A stretch of 63,514 nucleotides of DNA, filler included, from Reclinomonas americana ATCC 50394 (Eukaryota), in the NCBI GenBank assembly GCA_048213135.1. It is 5 parts of 5 records of this genome, joined end to end, with 100 filler letters (N's around TTAATTAATTAA, not from the genome) between each part and the next. Parts side by side here need not be neighbours in the genome. Positions count along the whole stretch, not along the records: positions 14,117 to 45,467 come from PS015533.1; 4 more parts are not named here. The stretch is one strand, 5' to 3'. The number at the start of each line of letters is the position of its first letter. Position 1 is the stretch's first letter. The position numbers and the translations under genes were made by a program. The notes below the pieces were generated by a model. The model did no database searches and was not told the DNA's origin. It saw nothing but the letters and a program-made list of their open reading frames with translations. Below are positions 25,788 through 38,722 of this stretch, in pieces.

Positions 25788-25883
<96 letters not shown>

Positions 25884-27730
25884 ACGTCTGTAGATTCACA
25901 CCACCATCGCCGGCGCAGTGCCCGGCAACGTGCGCAACGTGCGCTCAGTGCTCTTTGCAAAGACCGCTGACAGGCTGCGACTCACGTGGGATCCGCCGGT
26001 GGAAACAGGAGGCGGCGGCCCCATCACCATCTACAACGTCATGTATCGTGCGGAGCAGTTGGTGAATGCGACCACCATCACCACCTCGTACACGAATATC
26101 ACGCTGTCGGATCTGTCGGCCAGGACGGCGTATTACATTGACGTGCGTTGGCGTGGAGGAGCGGAGTTTTTTGGGGAGAGTGTGTGCTCATTCTTCTTCT
26201 CGTTCCTTTCCACGTTAGATTCGAGCGGCAAACAACGCCGGTGTCTCGCCGCGACCGTCGCAGTTTGCACTGGATTCAACGTCGCTGAACGGCAATCCAG
26301 TCACCACAGGTTTGTTGTGCAAGCGCTGAGCATGTCGTGGGGTGCATTTGTGTTTCATCCACTCACGTTTCGTTACACAACAGGGCAAGTTCCTGGCCGG
26401 CCTGTGAACGTGCAGGCAGATTTTGCGCCGACAATGACCACCCTGGCGGTGCGATGGTCGGCACCGACGAGCATCGGGACCAGCAGCATCACGGCCTATC
26501 GCGTCACCACGCAGGTCTTTGAGGGCGATTCGCCACAGCCGGTCAGCACCACGGCGACACAACTGAACGCCAGCGTGTCGGTGCGACCGGGTGCCGTGTA
26601 CCGATTCTCTGTGGCCGCCTTCAACATTGTCGGCTGGGGCGAGGAAAGCTCGGCGTTTTTCCAGCAGGCGACAACTCTGCAAGACGGTGCGTTTGTTTCG
26701 TTGTGGCTTTTGTGTCTCCCTGTCTTCTCACTTTGCATTCACATCGCAGCGCCGGCACAAGTGCAAGGTGTGAGAATCAAGGGCTACGGTGGCGATGTGG
26801 TGGCCATTGGCTGGACGGGTCCCGATTCCGCCACTGTCGACTCGTACCGCATTGTGTACTACGCCAAGTACATGCGGCAAGTGTACCGACCGGGCGACAC
26901 GGCATTCCTGGACGCGGGTCCTCTCGGCAGTGTGGCCACGGCCAATGGCATCTCCCCGTGTGGCATTGTGAAGAATCTCAAACCACAATCGACATACACG
27001 TTCCAAGTGAGTCAACGTCGCTCCTGTGTATGTGTAGTGCGTTGATGTGCGTGCTCACCGTGCTTGTGTCTGTAGGTGCTCGCCGTCAAGAGTTCGGCGT
27101 ACAGTATCCTCAGCACGGCCGTCACACAGTCGACCATGAGTTGCGCACAGTTGACGCGTTTTTTTTCTAGATTGCATGTGCATGTCGATTCACTGACAAG
27201 TGCACCTGTGTGCGCAGCTGCGGAGCCGGCGGCTCCGTCTTCGCTCGTGACCGAGAGTGCCACCACGTCGACCTTTACGGTGTCGTGGACGCCACCACAA
27301 TATACCGGTCTCGGCAGCGTGACCAAGTACATTGTGACGGTGATGAGGGAGGATGGCACCGAGGAGCCACGCACGTACGAAGTCGTGACGGCGCAGAGAA
27401 TCACCGTCGGGTTGCGTACTCTTTTGTGGTTGTGGTCGGACGATTGTCGGGCTGTGGCTGACTGTCATTGCATGGCACAGTGATAAGGCGCCCGGCAGTT
27501 CATACATTGTCAATGTTCGTGCTATCAATGGCTTCGGGCAGAGCATACCGAGCCAGAACCTGCGCGTGGCCACCACCAGTAGTTGCGTTCCACTCCGCCC
27601 GTGTCGCGTCGACTTGAAGCTCACTCGCACGCATGTACGCACAGATGCTGGCTGGTCAATACGAGCGCTCGACCCCAGGTGGCTCACCACCGTGGCGATC
27701 GCCATAATAATTAGCCTGTTTGCCGTCTGA
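19776..27730 (+). CDS. Large secreted, probably GPI-anchored fibronectin type III repeat protein (roughly 15-20 FN3 modules, many exons)
   Basis: Signal peptide (PLAAVLLLLLLCALCVSGA); repeated P..P...S..LTW..P...Y...L.P.T.Y.FRV.A.N..G.G modules; spliced C-terminus TS-NAGWSIRALDPRWLTTVAIAIIISLFAV* fits a GPI signal. Confidence 0.85.
25790..25881. repeat. (GT)n microsatellite in an FN3-gene intron
   Basis: Long uninterrupted GT dinucleotide run next to an assembly gap. Confidence 0.9.
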
Positions 27731-27738
27731 GTGTATCA

Positions 27739-28403
27739 TCATGATTCGTGTTTGCGCTGGTGTCGTCGCAAGTTGGAGCTGGTGGTGAAAGTCTTGGAGC
27801 AGCCGGGCACGGGGCACACATACGGCCGATCGCCCGAGTGAATGCGCATGTGCGTGGTGAGATCCGAGTTGCGCACAAAGCGGCGCTGACACTGCGGACA
27901 CTCGTGCGGTCGCGCCTCGCCCTCGGCCGCATCCGCCAACGCATGACACGTGCGCACATGGCGTCGCAGATTGGCCTGCGACGCAAACACTCTCCCATCG
28001 CACTCGCCATGCCGACACACCCACGGCGGTCCATCGCCACAGTCAACATCACCACCCACGCGCCTCCGCTTGCTGCTCGGTGTCTCCGCCCCGCTGTCAT
28101 CCACATCGAGTCGTCGCCGTGCACCACCAGTCGGTGACACCATGGCCACAGGCGGAGGCGGAGGCGGCGGAGGCGGTGGTAGAGGCGGTGGCAGTACAGG
28201 ATGCGGCAGTGCCAAGTGTCGCGCCAGCTGCGCCCGCGTTCGCACCACCGGCACCGCATGCACAAACGGTTCCGACATGCCAGCTCTCGCCTGTGCCCGC
28301 GTCACCACATGCCCCACCACCGTCGCCTTCACCGTCGCCGCACCATGCATCAACGCCGCCGTCATTGCCGCGATATCCACCGACGCCGGACCCACATTCA
28401 CCG

Positions 28404-28439
<36 letters not shown>

Positions 28440-28675
28440 CTCAGCTCTCACTCTCTGCACACACACGCGCGTTCTCTCTTACCACCGCGGAGTGGCACCA
28501 GCTCCACACTGCCGTGCATGAGTGCACCTGGACGCGGAGGCGCCGGCAAGCCATCGTCCTCACTCACTGTCCGATCCATGGGCAGTGCCACAAAGCCCGC
28601 TGGCACACCGGGCATCGATGACACGCTCGCGGAGCCCAGCAGCACACCCAGTGGCCGCAGCGCAGGGAGCGACAT
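27739..28675 (-). CDS. C2H2 zinc-finger transcription factor (3 fingers, 2 exons)
   Basis: CRHGEC..F...ANLRRHVRTCH; HECPQCQRRFVRNSDLTTHMRIH-SGDRPY-VCPVPGCSKTFTTSSNLRRHQRKH; GTAAGA intron containing a (GT)n run. Confidence 0.85.
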
Positions 28676-28736
28676 TGAAGAGGACAGTGAGTGATCCGGC
28701 TCGCGACGACGCGTGTTCTTCTTCTTGTCAGTGTGA

Positions 28737-30393
28737 ATGGCGAGTGGCTCTGGTCAAGGCGGCAGTGGCACGCACAAGTTCTGGGACACGCAGCCGGTGG
28801 TGCAGTTTGGTGCGTCAACGAGTGAGTGATGAGTGTGAGTGTGCGCGAACTCTTCTCACACATGCACAGATGAGGAGGAGGCTGATGAGGTGGTGGAGTA
28901 CGATCCCGACATTCGCACGGGGTTGCCGACGACACCACTCACATTGCCGGCGGCGTTTGAGTGGGTTGATGTGGATGTCGAGGACCCACAGATGGTGATC
29001 ATGCATTGCATGCGCCTCTCTCTCTTTCTTTCTTTATGTCACTCACTGTGTGCACGTGCACAAGTTGGCACAAGTCACCGAGTTTCTCGCCGGCAACTAC
29101 ATCCAGTCGCCGTCGGGTCGCTTTGCACTGCAGTACGGTTCCGATTTCATGTCATGGTCGGTCGTGCCTTGCTGTGCTGTCGGTTTTTCCGATGCTTCTC
29201 TCTCACTCACTCGCTCCTCTCTCGTGCAGGGCCTTGACGGGTCCGGCCGCGAAAAAGTCGTGGCAGATTGCGGTCATGGTTCGCGACACCAAGCAGATGG
29301 TCGGCTTCATCTCGGGAGTGCCGATCCTCACCTCGGTGTTCAAATCGCAAGTGAGTTGTACTTGCACCATCTCCCTCCCCTCTCCTGCATGCTCATTGAG
29401 TGCATGTTTCTCGTGCTGTAGCGTCGCATGGCGTTTATCAACTTCCTGGCAGTGCACTCGTCGATGCGTTCCAAACGACTGGCTCCGAAACTCATCGAGG
29501 AGGTCACCACTGCTGTGTGTGAGAGACGTGTCGTTGTCGCTCACTCGTCTCTGTCGCTGCTGTTTGCAGGTGGCGCGTCGCATTGGCGTCTCTGGTGTGT
29601 ATCACGCGTTGTATACGTCGTCGTCGCTTCTGCCGCGTCCGGTCGGTCAGTACAAGTACTGGGGACGAGCGCTGGATGTGGATCGCATGCTCAAGTTTGA
29701 CAATGTCTTTGTGCCACCACACGTGCAACAAAGACGCTCCGAGGCCGACAAGAAGAAGGCGCTGCGACTGTACTACCGCCTGCCTGAGGTGCGTGCTGTT
29801 ATGCCAGTACCCGTCGTCGTCTCGCCCTCATCGTCAATCTGTGCAGGAGCCGAGTCTGCGGCTGCGACCACTCACCGAGGACGATATGCCGGCCGTGTAC
29901 GAGTTGGCGGTGTCGTACTTTAAGCAGTTCAAGTTCCACGTGTCGTACACGCGAGAGGAGATGGCGCACTGGTTCCTGCCGAGACCCGGCGTCTTGTGGA
30001 TGTACGGTGTGGAGGCGGCGGAGGGTGGCGAGTTGGTGGCGGTCGGCGGTTTCCACGGCCTGCGCTCGTTGATGAAGACCGAGGGCGAGGATTACCCGGT
30101 GGCCTTTTACAACTACCTCATTACGCCGCATGGCTCAGCTCGTGAGCTGGCCACCGATCTGCTGGTCTTGGCACGCAAGGTGCGTGTCTTTCTCATCCCA
30201 CGCGTGCGCCTAATTGAGTCACTGACGACGAGCGCAGGAGGGCTTCGAGTACATGGCATCCATGGGCGTCATGGGGTGGGAGTCGTGGCTGGAGGAGCTC
30301 AAGTTCACCCCGGGCGAGGCTCTCAACATGTACTTTTACAACCTGCGATGTCCGCCACTCCCCGCCTCCGAATTCGCGTACGTCGTGCTGTGA
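28737..30393 (+). CDS. NMT: Glycylpeptide N-myristoyltransferase (NMT) family protein, divergent
   Basis: HKFWDTQPV, LPAAFEW, MVGFISGVP, INFLAVHSSMRSKRLAPKLIEEVARRI, YRLPE, EEMAHWFLP, LLVLARK, YFYN and a hydrophobic C-terminus YVVL* are colinear with NMT. Confidence 0.85.
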
Positions 30394-30550
30394 AAACGAC
30401 GCTGGCCAGCGGAGACGCATCGCCGACATAAAAAAACCAGAGGATGCCGAAAGAGTATGCTGCTGTTGTTTCATTCTTTGTCGTGTAGGTGCGTGTAGGT
30501 GTATGCATAGGGTGTGAGCGCAACGCAATTCTCGCTGGAACGACCACCGG

Positions 30551-33288
30551 TCAATAGTCGTCGAATGAAGTCTGGCCGAGATCCTGCTCCATGCCGCGCA
30601 CCGGGCCTGCGCCATTCTCAACGCCGGGGAACCTGCGGCAACAGAACCGAGTGAGCGCAAACGGGCTACGAGTACACACATACATGCATACAGCAGAGAT
30701 GCACGCAACATGCCCAGATAGGCCGAGTCTGGCAAAAAGTCGGCGACAATCTGCTGCCCGTCAAACCACCGACCGTGCAACACAGAGCGCGCCTGCGACG
30801 CGCCTGCGGCACTAGCGAAGCGCAGGTACACCAGACCCTCCTGTGCAGTGATATAAAGAAAATGGTGAGCACAAGACTGCTGCCATGGAGATGCTCAGGA
30901 GTGGTATCAGTAGCGGTGAAACAAAAAAAGGAGCTGATGCGCCGGACTCTGCTTCTGTGTTTCTCCTTCCCCCCTGCAATACATGGCCTGTAGCTCAACA
31001 CGATGAAAACCCAGCCACACACACGTGGCGAGCAACAGCACACTGCTACACAAGAAAACCGTGCACAATTCGGCAGAACCGGGCCCGAGGAGCGCGTCAT
31101 CATCAACACCACCACCACCACCACCACCATCATCACCACCACCACCACCACCACCATTCACAAGGCAACACTGGTGTTTCTCACAGTGTGGTCACCCACT
31201 GCCAGGGCGCACACGATGAGTCGCAGTTGACAACAACACCTCCTCTCCTTCTGTATGCACACACTGCCACTCTGCACCCACCTCTTCGCCCCCTTTCGCC
31301 CCCCCATTCCTCTCCCTCCCTCTCCCACCAAGAAGTGGGCAACGAACCGGCGAATCCTTGTGCACGTAGATGTGCAGCACTTGACCAAACTTCGAGCACT
31401 CCGAAACCACGTCCTCACGAATTTCCACATCAAAGTCCGGGCTCTCCTCCCTGCAACACGAATGAGACAGAAATCAAGAAGCAGAGGGTGAATCACACAC
31501 GCGCGCAACTTGGCCGGGTTAAACATGTTGCGCAGCAGCAAATTCTGTGTGACAGGACCCAACGAGGCCAGCAGAGCCTGCGTCTGCTGTTGCGCTTGCT
31601 GCGCGAATCCTTGCTGAATCATGGAGATTTGCGGCAGCACCGAGCCACCACCCAGCTTGGCCATGAGTGCCAGTCGGCCCTGCCCAGTGAGGTGGATACC
31701 GCCGGAGCTGGAATCGTCCAGCACATTCGCCGACGGCAGCACCTGGTCGTTGGTGAAACCGATTCTCAGCTGCATTGACAAGAATGCCAAAGAGTGAGCA
31801 TAAAAATGAATGACTCGCTGCGCTCCATGCAATACACACACACACACACNNNNNNNNNNNNNNNNNNNNACACACACACACACACACACACACACACCTC
31901 TCGACCGAGAATCGGCTTGCCGTTCAACTCGAGCATGGCACGCCCGGCGTCCTCTCGGTTGCGGAACTGAACAACCAGGTGATCGAGTCCGCCCTTGCCG
32001 GTGCGGTCGGGCACCGAGCGCACGTTTGCCACCGGGCCAATGGCCTCAAAGAGCGGTCGCAGCAGCGCCTCGTTGACCTGCGGATGCAGATTGCCTACCA
32101 TGATGTGAGTCGGCGCCATGGACGAGGTGTCGACACGAGTTGCCGCGGCGGCTGCCTGGCGCAAGTCACGACTGCGTCACACACACGCACACAACAAGAG
32201 GTGAGCTGGCAAATCAATACACATATAAAAAGGGTACGGGACGCAACGCTGCTTCGGCTGCGGCCATTTGTTCAGGATCCTGTGCGCGGATGACGACGGG
32301 CCGCCCTGCCAACAGTTGACCGTTCAGCATCGACGCGGTACCGACAGCGGTCACCTCGGTGAACTCCACGTACGCAAAGCCGCGTGACTTTCCACGTCGG
32401 TCGCGCAACAGTCGAACCTGCAGATTATCCATGGTCAGCAACAAGCGCGAGACAGCGAGTTCAGCCACGGTCGCGAAGAGTTGCAGACCTCGGTAACGGG
32501 ACCGGCCACGGCGAGGAACTGAGCGAGTTCCTCCTCGGTGACGCGCGGATCCAGCGCATGCACCAGCACCGTGCGACGAATCTTCTCCGCCTCGGCCATC
32601 ACACGCTCGGCGGCTGACAAGTGCGCGAACGGGTCAGGCTTCTCTGGCGACGGCTCGCGGCGGGGACGGTTGTCACGACGCCTGCACGACACGGCGATGA
32701 GGCAATAGCGCGACAAGACATCACAACACACGCAACAAGCACGCACCGATCCTCGCCACCTCCACCACCACGATAGCGATCACGATCACGATCCCGATCA
32801 CGGAAACGGTCACGGTCGCGGTCTCTGTCGCGGTCACGATCACGATCCCTGTCTCTGTCGCGGTCCCTGTCGCGCTCCCGTCGTGCATAGTCGTCATCCC
32901 TGTCCCTTCCCCTGTCCCTATCCCTATCCCGCTCCCTGTCCCTGTCCCTGTCCCTGGCACGATCTCGATCGCGGTCACGGTCCCGCTCACTGTCCCGTCG
33001 TCGCGAACGACCCTCGCTCTCCTCACTGCTGTGTCGACGCCGTCTGCGTTTCCGATCGCCGTCATCGGCGGCATCTCGGTGTCGTCGTCTCTCATCATCA
33101 CCCCCATCACCATCATCGTCGCCCTCACGAGATCGCTTGCGCTTGGATCGACGCTCCTCTTCGTCGACTGCTCCCTTGTCGCCACTCTCCCGCTGCAGCC
33201 GCCGACGCTCGCGTTCCTCCTCGGAAGAGTTGGCCAACTCATCACCGCGCGCCATGTCGGGAACTCCACTCTCTGTGCTCTCCGCCAT
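30551..33288 (-). CDS. RBM39: RBM39/CAPER-type splicing factor (RD/RE-rich N-terminus, RRM1, RRM2, C-terminal UHM)
   Basis: RDRDRD tract; [19 protein letters not shown] (RNP1); [67 protein letters not shown]. Confidence 0.9.
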
Positions 33289-33578
33289 TGCTGTCTCTGC
33301 GCGAGGGTGGCAAGGAATGAGACATTACACAAGCGAGAGAGAGAGAGGAGAGGAGAGAGAAGAGGCAAAGTGCGTGCTTGCGTCAAGTTGCAACATGTCG
33401 CTTGCACAGAGCAGGAAAACGCGAACAGAATGCGTGCGTGTTGTGTGAGCGTGCACGGAGACACAAACGTGCATGTTGTGTGTGAATGCACCACGGCCCC
33501 CAACCCGCACTCACCTCAGTTTTTGTTGTGACGGAATCCACCGCCCACACAAACCAACGAAACACACACTAAATCATC

Positions 33579-36348
33579 ATGAGGTATGCGCGAAACCCAC
33601 GACCACACACGCACACGCAGCATCATGCCTGCACAGTCCACTGCCTGCACGCATGCACATTGCAATGCACAAACGCACGCAGAGAGATAAAACACGCAGA
33701 CACAGTCGCCCGAAGTGCGGACATTGGCCATGTCGTGCGCGCCTCTTTTCTCCTCTGTTCACTCTCTCTTTCTCACACTCACTGATGAATGTGTGCGCGT
33801 GTGTGTATAGTGTTGGTTCTGCGGGCTCGAGCACGCGGTACGATCACCTGCACAAGTTCACGTACTCGACGCTGGGCAACAGCGGCGGAAGTGGCGGCGG
33901 AGGTGCAGGTGGTGCGCCTTCGGGCAATCCTCCTGGTGGACGCCCTCTCGGTGCCAGTGAGCTCAACAGTGCCTCAGCGACGGCCAATGATGGTTGCGTG
34001 TGTGTATCTGTCGATGTGCATGTTGGGCAGTTGCTCACGGCGTGGTGTGTGTGTGTGAGCGTAGTGAGTGCGGAGGAGGAGCGGCTACGACAATTGACGG
34101 AAAAGTACGAGAAGCTGCAGCGACGGCTGCTGGCGGAGGAGAAGGAGAAGCAGAAGCACATTGAGGTGGGAGGCGTGTGCGCGTTGGTAAGCACGTAAGG
34201 AAAAAGTCTCACGCGAAATGTGTGTGGCAGGCGTTCCGTCGTCGTGAGCAGGAGATCAATGCGTTGCAGGCGAAGCATGCGCGGCTGTCGCAGACGCTGG
34301 ATGCGTCGCACAAGTCGCTGCTGCGTATCCAGTCGGATCAGCGCGCCAAGGAGGAGAAGCTCAAGTCGGCGCAGCGGCGGTTGGTGGAGTTGGAGCGTGC
34401 GCTCGATCAGGAGCGTGTGGCGCGGTCGGAGGAGGAGCGACGGTTGACGGCGTACAGAGAGCGATCGCGGGAGAGGACACGCGACTTTGAGATGCAAGTG
34501 GAGCGGGAGCGCGACGAGTCCAGGCAACGACTGGAGGCGATGGAGACGCTGATTGCCGCCAAGGATCAGGAGCGGCGGTATGCACAAAAGTTGATTGAGG
34601 AGAAGACGGCCAATGTCGCTCAGCTGCAGTCGGCTCTCGACGATTCGCGCTCACAAGCGGGTTTGGTGCGCGATGCGGAGAATGCCACGGTACCTGCCGA
34701 GGTCAATGAGCAGACGATTGCAGAGTACGAAAAGGTCAGTCTTGTGTTGTGCTGATGTGACTTTCCACGGCGACACATCACCGACCCGTTTGTTTTTTCT
34801 CGCTCCAGCGCCTGCAAGATCTGGACGAGCTACTGAAGACGTACTCGGATCGGTACGACCAAGGCAACCAGCGCCTGCAGCGGGTAAAAGTTGCCGGCAC
34901 TGAAGTTATCTCGAAGCAAATGCAAAACGTCAGCATGGCTCGCGAGGCTATTGCACAACTGGAGGCACTGACACAAGAATCTGGGCGGCTAATGGCCGAG
35001 CCGGTGGAGATGTTGAAGAATGTGCGCGAGGTGGTGGAGACTGGCACCAAGGTACGCTACATGACGTATTTCATTCTCAAGTGTGTGCGTCTCACCAATA
35101 TTTGTTTGACCAGACGGTGGATGGAAGACCGGCCGACGTGACGCCTCTGGTCGACGCCATGCAGGAGCGCATATTGAAGGTGCAGGAGACGTTGGACGAG
35201 AGCAACCAAAAGTACAATGATCAGCTGGTGGAGGCCATGACGGTGCTGGAGGAGATTATGAACATTGCGGAGAGCATCCCCGCCATGGTGAGATGATTTT
35301 TGTTGCGACTGTATGCACCATCAATAGTAGCAGTCCCTCACCCGGCGTCGTTGCGTCGCAGCGTGAACTGATTGCGAACATTCGCCGCGAGGACGCAGAG
35401 CGCGTGGAGGCAGAGGCTGCAGCTGCTGCCGCTGCTGGCCCGACTACTGCTGCGGAGGGAAGTGCGAGTTCTGCTGCCGCCGGCGCAGCGTCTTCATCCG
35501 ACAGTGGTACACCAGCAGCACCAGCTGCTGTGCCAACATTGACCGTGTCGGCTGCACCAGCACCGACGCCTGCGCCAGTTGCTGCGCCAGCGTCAGCAGC
35601 AGCAGCAGCAGCCTCTGCACCCGCGCCTGCACCCGCTGTTGCGGCCGCTTCACCAGCCACCGCGGCGCCGTCTGCTTCCGCTGCTGCTGCTGTGCCGCCA
35701 GCCGCCAAGGCTGAGCCGGCACCTGCACCCGCCGCCGCCGTCGCTGCCGCTGCTGCCGCTGCTCCAGCTTCAAGTGGGTCGGCAAAGGTGGCACCGGCGC
35801 CGGCACCGGCTGCCGCTGTTGCCGCCGCTGCCCCTGCTCAACCACCCGCTGCTTCATCGAATGCAGCTGCCAAGCCCGCGTCACCGGCGCCAGTCGCTCC
35901 GCCCTCCAAGTCAGCAACGAGTCCGGTGGATCCGTCGCTCGAGGACGACGACGATGATGAGGATGTTGACATGGATGAGCAACCAGCGCGTGAGGTACTG
36001 CGAGGATCACCGTCACACCGTGCATCACCACAACCATCAGCGGTCAGTTCGTCGACCGCGGCTCCCGCTGCACCAGTCGCCGCCGCCGTTGCTGCTCCGG
36101 CTGCTGCTGCCGCTCCGGCACCCGCCGCTGCTGCTCCTCCAGTGGCTGCTGCTGCTCCGGCTGCTGCTCCGGCTGCTGCTGCAGCTCCGGCTGCTGCTGC
36201 CGCTCCTGCTGCCGCTGCCCCTGCTGCTGCCCCTGCTGCCGCTCCGGCTGCTGCCGCCGCTGCTGCCGCTCCAGTCGCCGCTGCTGCTCCCGCCCCTGCC
36301 GCTGCTGCTCCTGCTGCTGCCCCCGCCGCGGCTTCAGCGAAACGATGA
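33579..36348 (+). CDS. Coiled-coil protein with long Ala/Pro-rich C-terminal tail
   Basis: Exons encode E/R/K/Q/L heptad-rich segments (EEERLRQLTEKYEKLQRRLL; REQEINALQAKH...) joined by GT-AG introns; final exon is Ala/Pro-rich and ends ASAKR*. Confidence 0.6.
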
Positions 36349-36558
36349 GTCGCATTTTGTTCGCTGGCATGTGGTGGAGTGTTTGCAGGAGATGGTTTTT
36401 GCTTTCCCTTTCATTTCGTGTGGCGCGTGCACGCGCGCAGATCTCTCACTCTCTCCCCGACAACAAATGTAACTTTTACACACCACCAACGGAGTCCCTC
36501 ATCCATTTTTTCCTTGCAATTCATTACCAACATGCACCACCACCACCACAGCTAACAA

Positions 36559-38237
36559 TTAGCAGCAGCCGCATATCGAGGAGGTCGCCGCAGAGATCTC
36601 CACGGGGATCTGCTGCGCCCGCACCACACGGCGTACGAACTCGTGGTCGCTGCTGGCCACCGGCATGTGCTCGGCACTGAACTGTGACGCCGGCACGACG
36701 GCATCGCGATCGCGCGACGCACGGTCAAGCGGTCCGCGCAGTCGCGTCCACAAATCGCGAAACAGCTCGATCAGCAGGTGGTTGCTGGGCATGACGTGCG
36801 GCGGACCCGGTCTCAACACCTTCTCCGCAATGCGCCGGTACGACTCGGTGTCGGCACGAGTCAACTGCAGCAAGCGTTCGACCTGCGGAGCGATCAAGAT
36901 GCGCGGTTGCCGTGCGGAGGACACAGGCGCGGCGGCGGCACTGCTGCTGCTCATGTGACTGCCGGAGATGCCGCGAGTGAAATCAATGCACAAATCGTAC
37001 GCCAGTGGCTCGTGTGTGAGGTAGATGGGATTGGTGGCCACGGCGCAGAACGACTGCATCTTTCGCAGGTCGTCCATGTGACGGATGCACACGTGCATGA
37101 GCCACTCGGGCTGCGATGGCACCTGATCCACCAGCAACATCATGGAACGCACTGCCGCACGCACGTCTTGTCAGGTCGATCAACGACGCTGCGTGGCGCG
37201 CACACAGCTCACACGCACCGAGCTTGCACACGACACCCACTGGCGGCTGTGTGACCACCAGGATGCGCAAGTTGGCCACCAGCGCCTTCCACACGAGCAT
37301 AATGTTGCGCTCCAGCAGCCGCACAAGATGCGTCAGGCTGCCGGCCGCGTCGTCCTACAGCAAGAGCATGAGGAAGGAAAGAGCAAACAAAAAAAGGCAC
37401 GATGCGACAAACCGTCTCCTTTAGCGGCGGTGGTGGCTGCGCTCGCGACGCGTAGAACTCGTCGAGTGCGTGGTGGTCGGAGAGATCGTCATTCAAGTGC
37501 CTGCAAGTCAGCGGCAGTGTGTGAGGCACGAGGGGGAGGAGGTCCACAGCGGCGAGGCTATCAAAATGCTGCCCAACCGTGCTTGTGCAGCCAGGAACGG
37601 CACGTGCGCCGCCAAGTTGATTGGGGTTTTCAGGAAAACACCTGCATCGACTCGCGTAAGACTCGTACAACTCCACACACAGACACACACACTCGGCACA
37701 TCACAGACGCACCGCAGACACGATAACGTGCGTTGCGTTCACGCGCAGCATCGTCGCCACTCAACAGCTTGCGATGATGAGCCCCGACACCGTACAATCG
37801 GCCCACACGAATAAACCTGCACATACACTTGCTCAGCCTCTGCACACACACACAGCACAGCACAGCAACAGCAACAGCAACAGAGAAGTGCAAAACGCAA
37901 CACATAATCCGACTCCACCGTGTGCCACCCATCGCAACCCACGCGCATCTCCAACTCCGTCTCCAGACGACTCGGCACCGCCGCCAACCCATCCATGGCC
38001 TCCACCGCGCTCTCCTCGAGCTGGTTATACTCAAACACGTAGCCGTGGTGCGTGTCAAAATGAAGCACAAACAGTCCCTGCACGTCGTCCGCAGGCGCCA
38101 CCGCCAGCAACGGATTGCTGCCCGCATCCTGATTTTCCACCAGTTGCAAGCAATGATCAGCCACAAGGGAGAAAGAGGGTAAGAGGGAAAGACGGGGAGA
38201 AGAGAGGAGAGGAGAGGACGAACCCCACTTGTTCCAT
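36559..38237 (-). CDS. DENND11: DENN-domain protein DENND11/LCHN-like
   Basis: GLFVLHFDTHHG, GWHTVESDYV.FIRVG, ERNAR, LVWKAL..LRILV..PPVGVVC, YDLCID and LLQLTRADTESYRRI are colinear with recalled LCHN/DENND11 motifs. Confidence 0.75.
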
Positions 38238-38322
38238 AACCGCGACCAGAGCTCGGCGACGCACGCGATCTGCCTCACACGTGTGACATGAGAGACAATG
38301 CACACATGGCGCTCTCACTCAG

Positions 38323-38323
<1 letters not shown>

Positions 38324-38405
<82 letters not shown>
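38324..38405. repeat. (GT)n microsatellite, intergenic
   Basis: Long uninterrupted GT run adjacent to a gap. Confidence 0.9.
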
Positions 38406-38407
<2 letters not shown>

Positions 38408-38722
38408 GTCTCNNNNNNNNNNNNNNNNNNNNCCCTTCTCATCATCATCGTCATCGTCATCATCATTGTGTTGAGTGGTGGCAACACGATGATGAGTGCC
38501 ATCGTTATCCTCTTGCAACGCGCGACGCTGTTTGTGACTACTGCGCTGGTGGCGATGAGCACCATCGTCGCCGTCGTCCATGATGGCTGCAGTAAGGCGC
38601 TCGAGTGCACTTCCCTCCTCCACGCTCATGCACCGAGAGAGTGTGTGTGTGTAAGAGGACTTGTCCCGCACGCATCATTCACTCTGTCTCGCGTGTGTGA
38701 GAGGAGACAGGTGGCAGACAGC

